A stretch of DNA of 63,980 nucleotides, counting the filler, from Octopus bimaculoides (lineage: Eukaryota): the NCBI RefSeq assembly GCF_001194135.2. It is 8 parts of 7 records of this genome, joined end to end, with 100 filler letters (N's around TTAATTAATTAA, not from the genome) between each part and the next. Parts side by side here need not be neighbours in the genome. Positions count along the whole stretch, not along the records: positions 23,021 to 39,204 come from NC_068997.1; 7 more parts are not named here. One strand, given 5' to 3'. The translations under genes and the position numbers were made by a program. Positions within the stretch are counted from its first letter, which is position 1, and the number at the start of each line of letters is the position of its first letter. Shown in pieces: positions 25,118 to 37,383 of this stretch. Below the pieces are notes generated by a model. That model did no database searches and was not told the DNA's origin. It saw nothing but the letters and a program-made list of their open reading frames with translations.

Positions 25118-27227
25118 CAGTGTTCCCCAACCTTGTTTTCCAGTGCCCCACTTTTTAATAACAAATTTTCCAGTGTCCCACTTTTTAATAACAAAAAATC
25201 TGGCGCCGATCAACATTTTTTAAAATATAGAAACAGTTTTTTAATTCAATTACCTGGCTGACAGATAGCCCAACTCATTTAAGGAGAATCCTGTGCCTGG
25301 TGCACAGGGTTCTTGATTTGAGGAGACAATTTCGTTAACATCAGCTGTACTTCATTACATTTTGTAATTTTCAGCTAGTTTCTCTTGGCTTCCAACAAAT
25401 TGTCAACTGCACTGAATCAGCATTCGACCAAATAAGATAAGGGAAAATGAATCAATAGTTCTCTTGCTGATATAGAGATGTTGGGGGTTATTTTTTTTCA
25501 ACCTTGTCACATAGCCACATATTTGTACCTTTCACTTTAAACAAAGTCTTCACTGATTCATCATGTTGCAATTCTGATAACTCTTCTTGGTATTGAACTG
25601 CAGCATCAGAAATGTCAGTGAGCAGTGGTTGAGTTAACCAAGTGGGAAAATCCATTGTCTTCAAATCACGAAATTGGTTGTTGAAGTCTTTTATTAAGAT
25701 ATTCAAATGGTTAATAATTATGGTGGCCGCATCATTCATTATCTCATATTTACTCAACCAGTATAACGGACTGAATTTTCTTTTGGAAACACCTTTTTGA
25801 CATATTTTGAGGGCTGTAATGAATCCAAAAATCTTTGCTTTCGCATCAACAAGTATCATGTTTACACTTTGCAGTTGTTTATTCAAGTTTCCAAGTTTCT
25901 CAAAGATGTCTGTCAAATAACTGACAAATGTTTTTCCATCCATTGTTAACAGCATTTTCATTTCACATTTATCACTGAGAAAGTCGTTAAGCTGGTCAAA
26001 TAATTTCATGAACATCTTTAAGCTATTTCTACTTGATAGCCACTTTACTTCTGTATGAGACTATAATCAAACATGCTCGGCACTTTGATTTACACAAAAT
26101 TGCTTAAAAAGACATTTGACTTTGGGATTTGCTTTAATTGATGAAATGGGGCAAAATGTTGAAAACCAGCTTATTGAGTCATTAAAATCAAGAAAATTCT
26201 CATTACAAATGGATGAATCTACATTTCAGGACACACTTGATCACAGCTTGTAGAATTTCATTAAGAACAGGGGACAGTTTCTTGGCAGCCAAGTTTTCTT
26301 AGTGTATGACGCAATGGACAATCAACATGTTTGGATTTTCATTCTTCATTATTTTTAAGTATCTCGTTTTCTTGACCATTAAGGTAGTAAGTTTTCTTTT
26401 GGTATTTTGTTTGCATCCAAATAATGTGGATATCCTTTGCAGTTGTGGTTGTTTCCAATGGTTCACAAAACAACATCTCTTCCTGAAAAGCCTTGTGCTC
26501 AATATATATTACATAAGTCAAATAACAATGCCTCACTGTCCTGAAATGTGGATTCATCCATTTGTAACGAGAATTTTCTTGATTTTAATGACTCAATAAG
26601 CTGGTTTTCAACATTTACCCCCATTTCATCAATTTTATTGGAGACAGTGTTATTACTGAGTGGCATGTCCCTGACATCTCTATCATCTTTTTGTTGTACA
26701 GTTTCTAAGAATATTGAGATAGCTGGTTTAATCAGTTGCTCTCCAATAATGTGATTCTTTCCATGTTTTGCTATAAGCAGGGAAATTTCATAGCTGGCTT
26801 CGAAGGCAGAGTCTTCTTCTTGCTTTGTTTACTCATTTTAAAAAGGGCGGACACAAATCCAAGAAAGCGAAGCAATGGAGATGACGATTTTTGCACAGCA
26901 TAGAAAGAAAGGGATTTGAAGCAACAATCAGCAATAGTGAGCAGAGTTGACTGAAGCTTTTATAAACACTGGACAATAGATATTCAAACAAAGAAACAAA
27001 TGCCTAACAAATGCAGATACCTCACTTGGTATACTGATTGGTTGTAGCTACACTGATTCCCATGGTTTAAGTATAAATATTGCATGGTAATGTTTCTTTT
27101 CATTTCAATGTCCAAAATAGACTTAGGGTCGATAAGTGTGCACTCAAGTCACTTGAAAAAATTTTCACAACCTACGCTAACGTATGCCCTACCCCAATTT
27201 TCTCACACCCAATGTTGGGAAACATTG
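25118..27227 (-). mobile_element. hAT transposon (Charlie/Buster, ZBED5/SCAND3-like transposase), degenerate, with both ends present
   Basis: TIRs CAGTGTTCCCCAAC / GTTGGGAAACATTG; 8-bp TSD GCTTAGAG / GCTTAGAA. Minus-strand remnants HTIGEQLIKPA, PLSNNTVSNKIDEM, FSLQMDEST, YQEELSELQHD and the dimerisation motif HFPLSYLVEC*FSAV. Confidence 0.92.
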
Positions 27228-29300
27228 GCTTAGAAGACAACTGGAAGTTCCTGCAGAACAATTTACTGGGTGCCACTGACCAAATCTGTGGTTGGTGAAA
27301 AGTCCCAACCAGGCCGAGGGTGATTTGGTGGTGGAACAAGGGGGTGGACAGTGCTATAAAAGCAGAGACAGGCCTGGAAGGACTGGGCGGAAGCAAAGCT
27401 TTATATCAGGGAGCCAGAAGAGAGGCTAGGTGATAGGCTTACATTGCAGAAGGTAAGAAGTTTGCCAATGCATGAAGATCAGAAGTATGAGGTGTTCAGG
27501 ATTGCAAAGCAGCGTATCAGAGAGAATAGAGATGTGGCAAGTGAGAAGTGTGTGCAAATGGATAATAGTATGCTTGCACTTAGTGACTCAGAGAAGAAAG
27601 ATATGTGGAGATGCCATTATGAAAGGTTTTTAAATGTGGAGAATCATTGGAAGAAAGAGAGTCTTTCAAATATTGAAACAACTGAGGGACCAGCCATCAG
27701 AGTGGATAGCAGTATAATAGATAAGGCAATTAAAAAAAATGAAGACTGGGAAGGCCCCTGGACCATTGGGTATCACTGCCGAGATGATTAAAATACAGTG
27801 GGATATAGTCTAGTCACTTGCATAGTTAATCAGATTATTCAGGAAGGCGTCATCCCCAAAGACTGGTGAAACAGTCTTATAGTCAGCTGCTACAAGGGTA
27901 AAGATGATGCCTTAGATAGGAACAACTACAGAGGTATCAAACTGCTGGATCAGGCCATGAAAATTACAGAGTGAGTTATGTCAACTAATTAGGGATAGAA
28001 TTAAACTAGATGGGATGCAGTTTGGTTTTGTTCCTGGGAGAAGTACCACAGATGCCATCTTCAAAGTGAGACAATTGCAAGAAAATATTTGGCCAAAAAT
28101 AAGCCATTGTACTTAGCCTTTGTTGACCTGTAGAAAGCTTTTGACAGGGTTCTCCACTCTCTTATTTGGTGGTCTCTAAGGAAGTTAGGAGCAGAGGAGT
28201 GGTTTGTTACAGTGGTTCAGGCCATGTACAGTGATGCTGTCAGTAAGATGAGAGTTGGCTTTGAATACAGTGATGAATTTAATGTACAAATTGGAGTATA
28301 CCAGGGATCAGTTCTTAGTCCACTCTTATTCATCATAGTTCTCCTGGCCATAACAGATGAATTCAAAACTGGATGCTCTTATTGCAGAATCTGGAGCAGA
28401 ATTGGAGAAGTTCCGGATTTGGAAGCAAAACTTGGAATCAAAGGGCCTTAAAGTTAACTTAGCTAAGACTAAAGTTGTTAGCAAGAAAGGAGATAAGACT
28501 CTCAGTCTGGCTGGCAAATGGCCCTGTTCAATATGTAGGAAAGGAGTAGGACTTAATTCCATTTGCTGTACCAAGTGTAAGTTATGGACGCATAAGAGAT
28601 GCAGTGGAATAGTGGGAATGTTATCAGATAAGGTTGCTTTCATATGTAGCAGATACCCAGGAACAATAAGTACTAAGAGCATGAGGGACTTAAACTCTCT
28701 CAAATACCAAGGAGATTCTCTTGAGGTAGTAGATAGTTTTTGCTATTTAGGTGACTAAATTAGTAATGGTGGTGGATGCTCTGAAAGTATTGTTTCTAGA
28801 ATGAGAATAGGGTGGAGGAAGTTCAGATAAGTACTATCTCTGTTGGCAGCAAAAGGACTCTCTCTCAGAGTGAAAGATAAATTGTATGATGCTTGTGTGA
28901 GAACGGCTATGTTACATGTTAGTGAGATGTGGGCTCTGGTTGCAGAGGACATGCATAGGCTGGAGAGGAATGCCGGTAGTATGCTTCATTGGATTTGCAA
29001 CATCAGAGTGCATGACCAACAAAGCACAACTGTGTTGCGAGAAAAGTTAAACATAAAGGGATTAAATGTGGTATGCAGGAGAGTAGAATGCGTTGGTTGG
29101 GACATGTGATGTGTATGAATGAAGACAGCTGTATACAGAACTGCCTGTTTCTGAAAGTGGATGGTACTTGTTGAAGACCCAGGAAGACATGGGATGAAGT
29201 GGTGAGGACTGATCTTGGGATGCTGGGGCTCACGGAGGAAATGATAGTGGACTGAGATGTTTGGCGATATGAGGTTCTAGAGAAGACCCATCCGTGAAAC
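27228..29300 (+). mobile_element. RTE-clade LINE, reverse transcriptase and C-terminal region (degenerate)
   Basis: NYRGIKLLDQAMK, QFGFVPGRSTTDAIF, LAFVDL*KAFDRV, GVYQGSVLSPLLF, Cys-rich insert WPCSICRKGVG..C.KC..WTHKRCSG, VDSFCYLGD. Frame continues from 25117 across the TSD (TYSLE / LEDNWKFL). Confidence 0.92.
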
Positions 29301-29744
29301 TGAGTGCCAGAAGAGTTGTGTCCCACCCACATGGAACAACACACTTTTCACCCACTCTACCTTAAGAAATTGAACTACAACTTCTCTTCTAACTGTATCT
29401 TTCTCTTCCTCACATTTCCTTTTCATAAATTATGATTGTTTTCCTATCTCGTTTCTTGCCCTCACTACCCAGCTCACTGTATCACTGCTCCTCACACCCC
29501 TAACACCCACACCCTATTTTTCTAACCAAGTTCTATGCTCATATTCTTGTTATTTGTGAGTAAACCCTAGCACTACACCATCTCTCTTTGACTCTCTCTT
29601 ACACTTTTGCTGTGTCCTACTCTCTCACTTACCCTTTGGGCACTCTTTCTCTCCTTCCCTTGTTTTTCCTCTGATTAGGTAACCAAGTATCTCCTTTACA
29701 TCAGCACACTTGTTTCTGGCCTCTTTCTTGTACCTCTCTCTCTC

Positions 29745-29783
<39 letters not shown>

Positions 29784-31550
29784 AACCTTGAACCTCCTCT
29801 ACAGCAAGACACCTATTTCTGCCTCTCTTTTTCTCTGTTACACTCTAACCTTTCATCTTCTGATACTGGATCACCTCCTCTAATGCTCCCTTGGTTGTGG
29901 CAAGACACCTGCTTCTGTCTCTTTGTCACACTTTAATCTTCCATTCTCTGACACGAGTTCCCCTTCTCAAATGCCCTACTCCTCTCATAATTCCTTGTCT
30001 TGTCTTGGTTACCCTGAAAGTGCTGGTACCACATTAAAAGCATCCAGCCCACACTGTAATGTGGTTGACATTTGGAAGGGCATCCAGTTGTAAAAATCAT
30101 ACCAAAACTAACTTCACCTGTACTAGTGCCACGTAAAATGCACTGAGTCTACTTTGCAGAATGGTTGGTGTTCGGAAGGGCAACCAGCTGTAAAATCCCT
30201 GGCAAAACAGACACAGTGGCCTGGGATAGTCTTCTAACTGGACGGCTTCTGTCATCCGTCCTACCTATGCATGCATGGAAGATGGACGTTAAACAATGAT
30301 GATGATGAAATATATGTATATGTACACACACACACACACGCACACACAGTGAAACAAGACAAACCGATTAAAAAATTGCATTGAAGGTGAGTATGTTTGA
30401 GAAGAAATCTAACTTCAAGCACCTTTTTACTGATCAATTTTTAGACACTACTTTCTAAACCTGGCAAAGTATGTAGGGGTGCAAATTTTGATTTTGCACC
30501 TGCTAAAAATTTTAGGGGGTGTAAGTGTACCCCCCTGCACCCCCTCTCTGAGCCCTTAATTGCTTCTGCTAAATATTGATATATGTATGTATGTATGTAG
30601 GTAAGTAGGTGGGTAAGTGAGTGAGTAGCTTGTGTATGTGGTATTGATGAGCTGAAATAACTGAAATATTGATAGCTACCATTCTTATTCCCTTTCCGGG
30701 TGATCTATTTCACCTGGCTTTCAGTATATAATGTTTTTTAACACATCTTTTAAGGGACTTTCTTGGGACGAAATACCACAGCTTAAGTATTTGACATCAT
30801 TAAGTTTTTGACTGGATTAAGTATTTGACATCAATAATGGTTACAGTGTTAGAGCTGCTCTTAATTCAAAATTTAATTTTGTTTTACTTGTGTGTCACTG
30901 TTGTACATCAGCAGATAGATTTTACACTGCCCGTGTATACCTCCGACCAGTGATTTCATTTTGTTTCAGTGGTGACTTGAAAATATAGTATTGGTGATTT
31001 GAAATTACAGTGAAATATTGATATTCACCATTTTCATTCATCTGAGGGGCAATTCATTTTACCTGGTTTTGAGGTATACAACGTTTTTTAGTACTTTACA
31101 TCCCAAAGGAATTTTCCTGGAATGAGACACTACAACCAAAAAGTGTTTAGACAACAGATATGCATTAAGCGTGTGACATCAATGTTTACATTATTAGAGC
31201 TGCTTCTAACTCAAAATTTAATAGGTATGTATGTATATATATGTATGTGTGTGTGTTTTATGTGTATGTGTGTGTGTGTATGTATGTGTGTGTGTGTGTG
31301 TGCGTGCGTGTGTGTGTGTGTGGAGTATGTATGTTAGATTGAAAAGAAAATCTTGTCATATTTCGAAATGGGAAAGAAACAAATGTTTTTTTGGTCTGAG
31401 TCTATATATTTAATGAAGATATTTCCCTTCTTTATTGATAACAAAATACCATCTATTTGACAAATTGTTGATCCCTAGTGTGTACATTCCTCAGGCTTTG
31501 AAGTAAAAAAAAAAAAAAAAAATTATAACTTTTAACCCCTTCACAAGTAG

Positions 31551-31612
31551 GAAACAATTATCTACCATTCACAGTATCCACTCTTCAACCATATGATCCA
31601 TTTTTTAAAAAT
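31551..31612 (+). pseudogene. Tentative decayed exon 2 of the Rheb-like gene
   Basis: AG| acceptor; remnants KQLSTIH (cf. KSSLTIQ) and QPYDPFFKN (cf. SYDPTIEN) in different frames; GTATTT donor. Confidence 0.3.
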
Positions 31613-31897
31613 GTATTTTTCTATACTCTAAAGACGTTATTAACAAGACAGCAGAGTATCAAAAATTGTACTATACAAGACTAAGTAGCAGAAATAACAT
31701 CTTGCAACCTTTAGTAATGTTCCTTAAATAGTTCAAATCCTCTTGGGTCAACTTCGCCTTTCACCTTTTGGAGTTGATAAAAAATATACTAGTCAAATTA
31801 GTATATCCCTCCCTTAAAATTTTGGTCTTGTGTCTTTTTAAAACAAAATTATTATTTATTAATTTACCATACTAATTTTGCTTTCTTATTCTTTTAG

Positions 31898-31965
31898 CTT
31901 ACATCAAAAATGTTACTGTTTCTGGTCCAGTCTACCAACTAGAAGTGATAGATACTGCTGGATAG
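31898..31965 (+). pseudogene. RHEB: Rheb-like small GTPase pseudogene exon (G3 motif): YIKNVTVSGPVYQLEVIDTAG*
   Basis: TTCTTTTAG| acceptor and |GTGGGT donor. 68 nt, phase 1-0, as I recall for vertebrate RHEB exon 3. The Gln of DTAGQ is TAG (31963-31965). Confidence 0.8.
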
Positions 31966-32074
31966 GTGGGTATTACTTTTGATATTTTTATTGACACTAG
32001 AACCAAGAGTACATATCTCAACATTGAAAGTATACTGACTTTGTCACTATCTAGAAAAACAAGACACAAATCCA

Positions 32075-32370
32075 GTAGGGGTATGGTATTCCTGTCTATT
32101 GTTGAGAAGATTCTGCCAAGACTTGTCCAATCAGTATTAGAGAACATCACAACAGGGTCATAGTATGATTTCCACAGACACCAACACACAGGAGAAATGC
32201 AGGAACCAGCACCAGAATCTGTTCATTGCATTTGTGGATCTATCAAAGGCCTTTCATGCAGTCAGCAAGGAATTTTTTCAGTTAAAACTTACAATTCTTT
32301 CAGTCATTCCTGTCTCCTAAATTAATGAGACTTAAAAATGGCATGCATAAAACATGTAAGGTAATGCTTA
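32075..32370 (+). mobile_element. RTE/BovB-like LINE RT fragment inside the Rheb-like intron
   Basis: RGMVFLSIVEKILPRLV...QEKCRNQHQNLFIAFVDLSKAFHAVSKE. Confidence 0.8.
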
Positions 32371-32479
32371 ATGCTTTTAATAGTGTTTTAACTTATATAT
32401 AGAGTCAGAGTTCCTCTACATTAATCATATGATCTAAGTTTTAATAATATGTTGAATGTTTTGTTTTATGCTTTGTTAG

Positions 32480-32535
32480 ATTGATATGAAAGTTGATGGA
32501 TACATTCTTGTGTACTCATTAACATCACAAAGAAG
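32480..32535 (+). pseudogene. RHEB: Rheb-like exon: IDMKVDGYILVYSLTSQR(S)
   Basis: TTTGTTAG| and AAG|GTATG sites; matches Rheb INGYILVYSVTS..S; phase-2 end. Confidence 0.85.
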
Positions 32536-33013
32536 GTATGTATTGTTATATAAGCTGAACCCTTTACTTTTCTTCTTAATTTCAAAGTTAATAGCTGTTG
32601 TTGTTTGTTTCCAATTTCTTGTTTAGCTATGTTAACTGTACATCAGATAACTGATTCCTTCTAGTGTTTCACTCGAGATTCTAATCACACAACTACACCA
32701 AAACAATTTCCTTGATTTAAATGTAACTTGTAATTATTGCTAATAGTAAAGCACTAACCTATACTATCCAGAGATGTACTTTCATAGCAAGTGACTTGAT
32801 CTGAGATCATGTGCAGAAACAAAAAACAATTGCAGAGTGGAAGATATTTGTAAGCCATTCAAGAACACACAAAAACAGTTAGTTTCACTTCAACATTTAA
32901 TTTTCATCTGTGTGAAAATATTTTTGTCACTTTGAAACTGTGACCTGTACACTGACAAAACTTGGTGCTGCATCTGAGAAAGTAACAGTTAGTTCATGAT
33001 ATGCATGTATGTA

Positions 33014-33300
33014 CAGTGGCAGACTTGGTCTAAAAATATTGGTTGGCAGGAGACTAAGGGGGCCCACCTGCAATAACAATGCTATAATTTAATTTTTTTT
33101 TTGTTAAAAGTATTCTTTTCAACTGTCTACAAACACAGCCAGGCTGAAATAATTAATGCTTTCTTCCAGGAGTGAATAAAAATTCTCAAGCTTGAGGGGA
33201 TGGGCCCCATAGATACTAACAAGAGCTGCTATATATGAATTCTAATGGTGTAGGGGCCCACTTGCCATCGGGCAAGCTGGCAACCTGGCCAGTCCACCTG
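33014..33300. mobile_element. Degenerate MITE-like DNA element
   Basis: Ends CAGTGGCAGACTTGGTC ... GGCCAGTCCACCTG are imperfect inverted repeats. Confidence 0.35.
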
Positions 33301-34763
33301 TATGTGTGTGTGCATGTGTGTGTGTGTGTGTGTGTGTATGTGTGTGTGTGTATGCATGTATGCATGCATGCATGTGTGCATGTATGCATGGATGTATACG
33401 TATACATGCGCATGCATGCATATACGTGACAAAAATATTTTGACACAAATGAAAATTAAATGTTGAAACTAACAGTTTGGTGTGTTCTTGAATGGCTTAC
33501 AAATATCTTCCATGTGGCAATTGTTTATATACTTGTAGTGGATCTTGCAGGCATGAAGTGGATTCGATCCACCATAGCCAAATTTAAATTAACACTTCAA
33601 CAGAACTTTTCTCATGGTGGAACAATAGTTTTTCTGTGACAGCAGTTTTACATTTTCCAGATGCCTTAGTATTGTCTTCACCACTTCTACTTCACCAAAA
33701 ACTAGAATAGAGATATCACAGGCCATCAACTAAATCTATTGTTCTCAATGATATGTCTATCTTTCTGGATAGTTATAAAAGCAAGAACCCCAAGCAAAAA
33801 TCAGTTCGTCGGCTTGTGACAACTCAGTCAGTTAGTTAATGAATGACAACTCGAGTCAGAGACAGCTACCATTAGTTAGGGAGTGGGGCACTAGAATTAG
33901 GATCACAAGCAAAGCTACTAAAGATAATGGTCAAAGGGGGAAATGAAATTTACTGTCAGCAACTATGAGACATCTTCCCACGACCCTACAACTTTCACTA
34001 GCTCAAATTCTGTCCTCTTACAACATCATTCTATCACTATCTGTGGATTACTGCTAAGAAGACGTGTACACAAAACTATACAAGGAAAATCTACCACATC
34101 TAACTTTACTTCACATACACTAGGATTTTATCACCTGCCCATTGAGGCAAGGTATATTTGATGTAACGGTAAATAAATATTTTCTTCACAACTTCAGTCA
34201 CTGTTCTTTCATCTTTACATAATGGCAATCAATGAAGAACCAATCCTTACAAACTGATTATGATGCCGACATCTCATTATTGTTTACTAATTAATTTCAT
34301 CCGGTACATACTATACGTTTTTAATTTAGTAGTATTTTATAGTTTTTTTGTTCAGAAACTGATATGATTGATCTGGTTTTTCATCATATAGGAGTAAAAA
34401 TAAAATTAAAAAAATTAGTTTGATATATATGACTTTGTTATTAACATCTCCACTGTAGTAATACCTTCTTCTGTCTCCAATATTTAATACACTAGTGCAC
34501 TTCATGTTATGGAAGAGAGTTGATCAAGTTTGGACTGACTTAGCTCCCTTTATACACACTATACTAGAAATTAGAGTTGGAGAGGATTATAGAATTTTAA
34601 AGAAATAAATATATTATGACAAATAACAACAGGATTTTGTATTTTACTCACTAGTTAAATGAATTACTTAGCATAGCAAGTATTTAACTCACTTTGCACG
34701 TTGTTAGCCTTTGTACATTTTCAGTTTCGTTAATTTATAATAGTCTTTTTTCCTTCTTCACAG

Positions 34764-34811
34764 CTTTGATACTATCAAATTGATTTGCAGCAATATGAAA
34801 TGCAAAATATG
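34764..34811 (+). pseudogene. RHEB: Rheb-like exon: (S)FDTIKLICSNMKCKI
   Basis: Long pyrimidine tract then CACAG|, and |GTAGGT donor. Phase 2 start completes AG+C = Ser, giving QRSFDTIKLI (cf. SFEVIKVI). Confidence 0.7.
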
Positions 34812-36270
34812 GTAGGTATTAATTCTATAACAGTTTCTATTTTCTTACAATTTCGTTTTTACTACTGAATTCTAGATACACATCTGGCACTACTTTGTAA
34901 TAGATTTGGAATTGAAAATAATCAAATAACATAAGTATTGACATGATGTTTAGATTTAATAGGTTTATATATGACCTGAATGTATCAAAGGAAATTTTTT
35001 CAATTTGCAATATTATAGAGTGGACAAAAGCTAAAAAGTGAGCTTGTTGCTACCTATAACACTATAAAGAAAATTTAAAGTTATGATTTCATTATGTTTT
35101 TTTTATCATACTTTTATGTATCTGTTTTTCAAGTTTCTTGATGTTATGAAGATTCTTCTATGTTATTTTGTTAAGATCATATCCACACACAGGACTGACA
35201 CAACACTCAAATTTTGGAGGCTACATACATAGTAGACGGTAGACCAAGCCTCAACACAAAACACAAATGGAATAGTAACATCTCCACCCCACAAACTAAC
35301 AAAAGAAATCAGAATAGGGCACAGGAAGAAAAAAAAAAAAAAAATCAAAACAAAGGGAGACAGATACAAACAGTGCATACAAACTCACACACACATAAAC
35401 AAAACACACATACACATACCAAATTCATAGACACACAATCATGTGCAGGTAAGAGAAACAAAATGAAGTAAAGAAAATAAGGCCAGACAGTGAAGAACAA
35501 CAAATAGTCATTGAGAAGATCACAAAATGTGTGAGGAAAGAGCTTTGATGCAATAACCGATAACTAATAATAATAATTTGAAGTGAAAGTCAAATAATGC
35601 ACGTGTTTATTGGCCAAATGACCATCCTCAAACACGACAATGTTAAATGATACAACTGTTGGTTTTCATTTGTTGTCAGTTGTTGTAAAGACACTTATTT
35701 TAGAGGTAACCTCTACACAATCATTTGATGTATCAGAAACAGCAACCAAAAAATACTCCCTTCTTTCAATTACCCTATGACCTTAGAAAAGGACACATTG
35801 GTGAATGTAGTTCTGGATGCTCTGTACTTTAGAATTGGGAAATACTTGAAATAGTCACAAGTGAAATGCCTTTGATCAAAGGTTCTCTCAATTGGGGCTG
35901 AGGACAAGAACATCCATAGTAGGATTTGAACCCAGCCCTGTGAAATTGGTTAGACCAGTATATTATTTAATCAAGAGCACTAATGGTAATTGCATGTGAA
36001 CTGGTTACATTCAATTACCATCAGTTTTCTTGATTAAATATTTGAATAACTGTATTTATAAGTATATGCACCTTTTGACAAGATTGCACACCAGCAACAA
36101 GCCTGTGGAAAGTCAGATTTGCTGGAAGGGGCAACATTAAAATGTATATAAAATGTTTTTCAACTTGGTCTTGGTGACCAAGATGGAGGAGTTCTCATCA
36201 ATCATATTTTCATTGTATTAAATTATTGAAATGTTAACAGTGTTTCGTTTTGATGTTACCTATAGACCTG

Positions 36271-36503
36271 TTTAACCAACACTATGTTATGACTAGTATT
36301 AGCATTGTATCTTTATATACAATATGCTTGTGGATAGGAAGGAAAGAAGAGCTGTATATGCTGTATACTTCTATTGTGTTCGATGTATAACAGCAGCTGT
36401 GCACCTTCCTGTATACGCAGCATATACAGCTGTTCCTTTTCTTTTCTGTCCATGAACATATTGTAATATTTGCACTTGTCATAACATACATGTTGGTGAT
36501 AAA
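36271..36503. repeat. Imperfect ~230-bp fold-back (inverted repeat) in the Rheb-like intron
   Basis: Arm pairs CCAACACTATGTTATGAC/GTCATAACATACATGTTGG, ACAATATGCTTGTGGATA/TGTCCATGAACATATTGT and AGCTGTATATGCTGTATAC/GTATACGCAGCATATACAGCT; ~42-nt loop. Confidence 0.8.
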
Positions 36504-37335
36504 AGAAAACAAAATCTATAGATATGTTCTATATTATATATTATATTATATATATTGTTGTACTTGGAGATGGTCATCTTTTGCCAATTGAACACATGCA
36601 CTATTTATTTCATCTTCACTTTAGTTTTTTTAATATATTTTTAGTTTACTTGTCTGTCAAAGTTCTTTTGTCACATTCCGTGACCTCTTCAGTGACTCTG
36701 TGCCATGTATCACCTCTTGTCCTGCATGAAGAAAAAACTTTCACAGATATTTAAAGTAAAAATAATGTAAACGAACTTTAGGTTAGTTTGCTTATGCCTA
36801 AACACTGCTTGGCACTGATATTACTGTAATTTTCATGACCTTGGTGGTCTACTGGTGCAAGTCAGTCAATGTTGTTGACTGTTAAAACCATGGCTTTGAT
36901 TATGTCTGTGCGGAGTTGCCTCTCTTTGGTATTCCCCAATGATAACAGCTAAAGAGCCAAAGCATCAATGTCTAGGAACCTGACAAGTTGCAATGCTAGA
37001 CAGATATGGTATTTTTCCACCTTTTTTTTTTACCATAAGAGAGAATTTTTCTTCACGGTAACTGCTGTGAATTTGCCTTTAGCAGTTGAAATATGTCACA
37101 AACATATTTTAACTAACCTAAAGTTCACTTACACCTAAACGTTGCTTGGCGCTGATATAACTGTACAAATAATATGAATAAAAACTGAAGTGAAGATTAG
37201 ATAAACAGTAGGTGTGTTTAAATGGCAAAAGATGACCATCCTTAAGTATAACAATATCTTGCAAAACAAATACATAGACATATATTATGTATGTTATATT
37301 ATGTATGTTATAGCAATTTCATCTTATTGCTTCAG

Positions 37336-37383
37336 AGTTTCAATTGTTATGGTTTGAAACAAAAGAGATCTTGAAGAGGACAG
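37336..37383 (+). pseudogene. RHEB: Rheb-like exon (G4 motif): VSIVMV*NKRDLEED(R)
   Basis: TTGCTTCAG| and CAG|GTAAGT sites. 48 nt, phase 2-2, as I recall for RHEB exon 6 (IPIMLVGNKKDLHMER). The Gly codon is TGA at 37355-37357. Confidence 0.85.

Noticed and set aside
31963-37357. Stop-codon reassignment or selenocysteine as an explanation for the Rheb-like stops
   Set aside because: The stops replace different residues (Gln, Gly), other lesions co-occur (missing switch II segment, shortened exon) and no SECIS element is evident.
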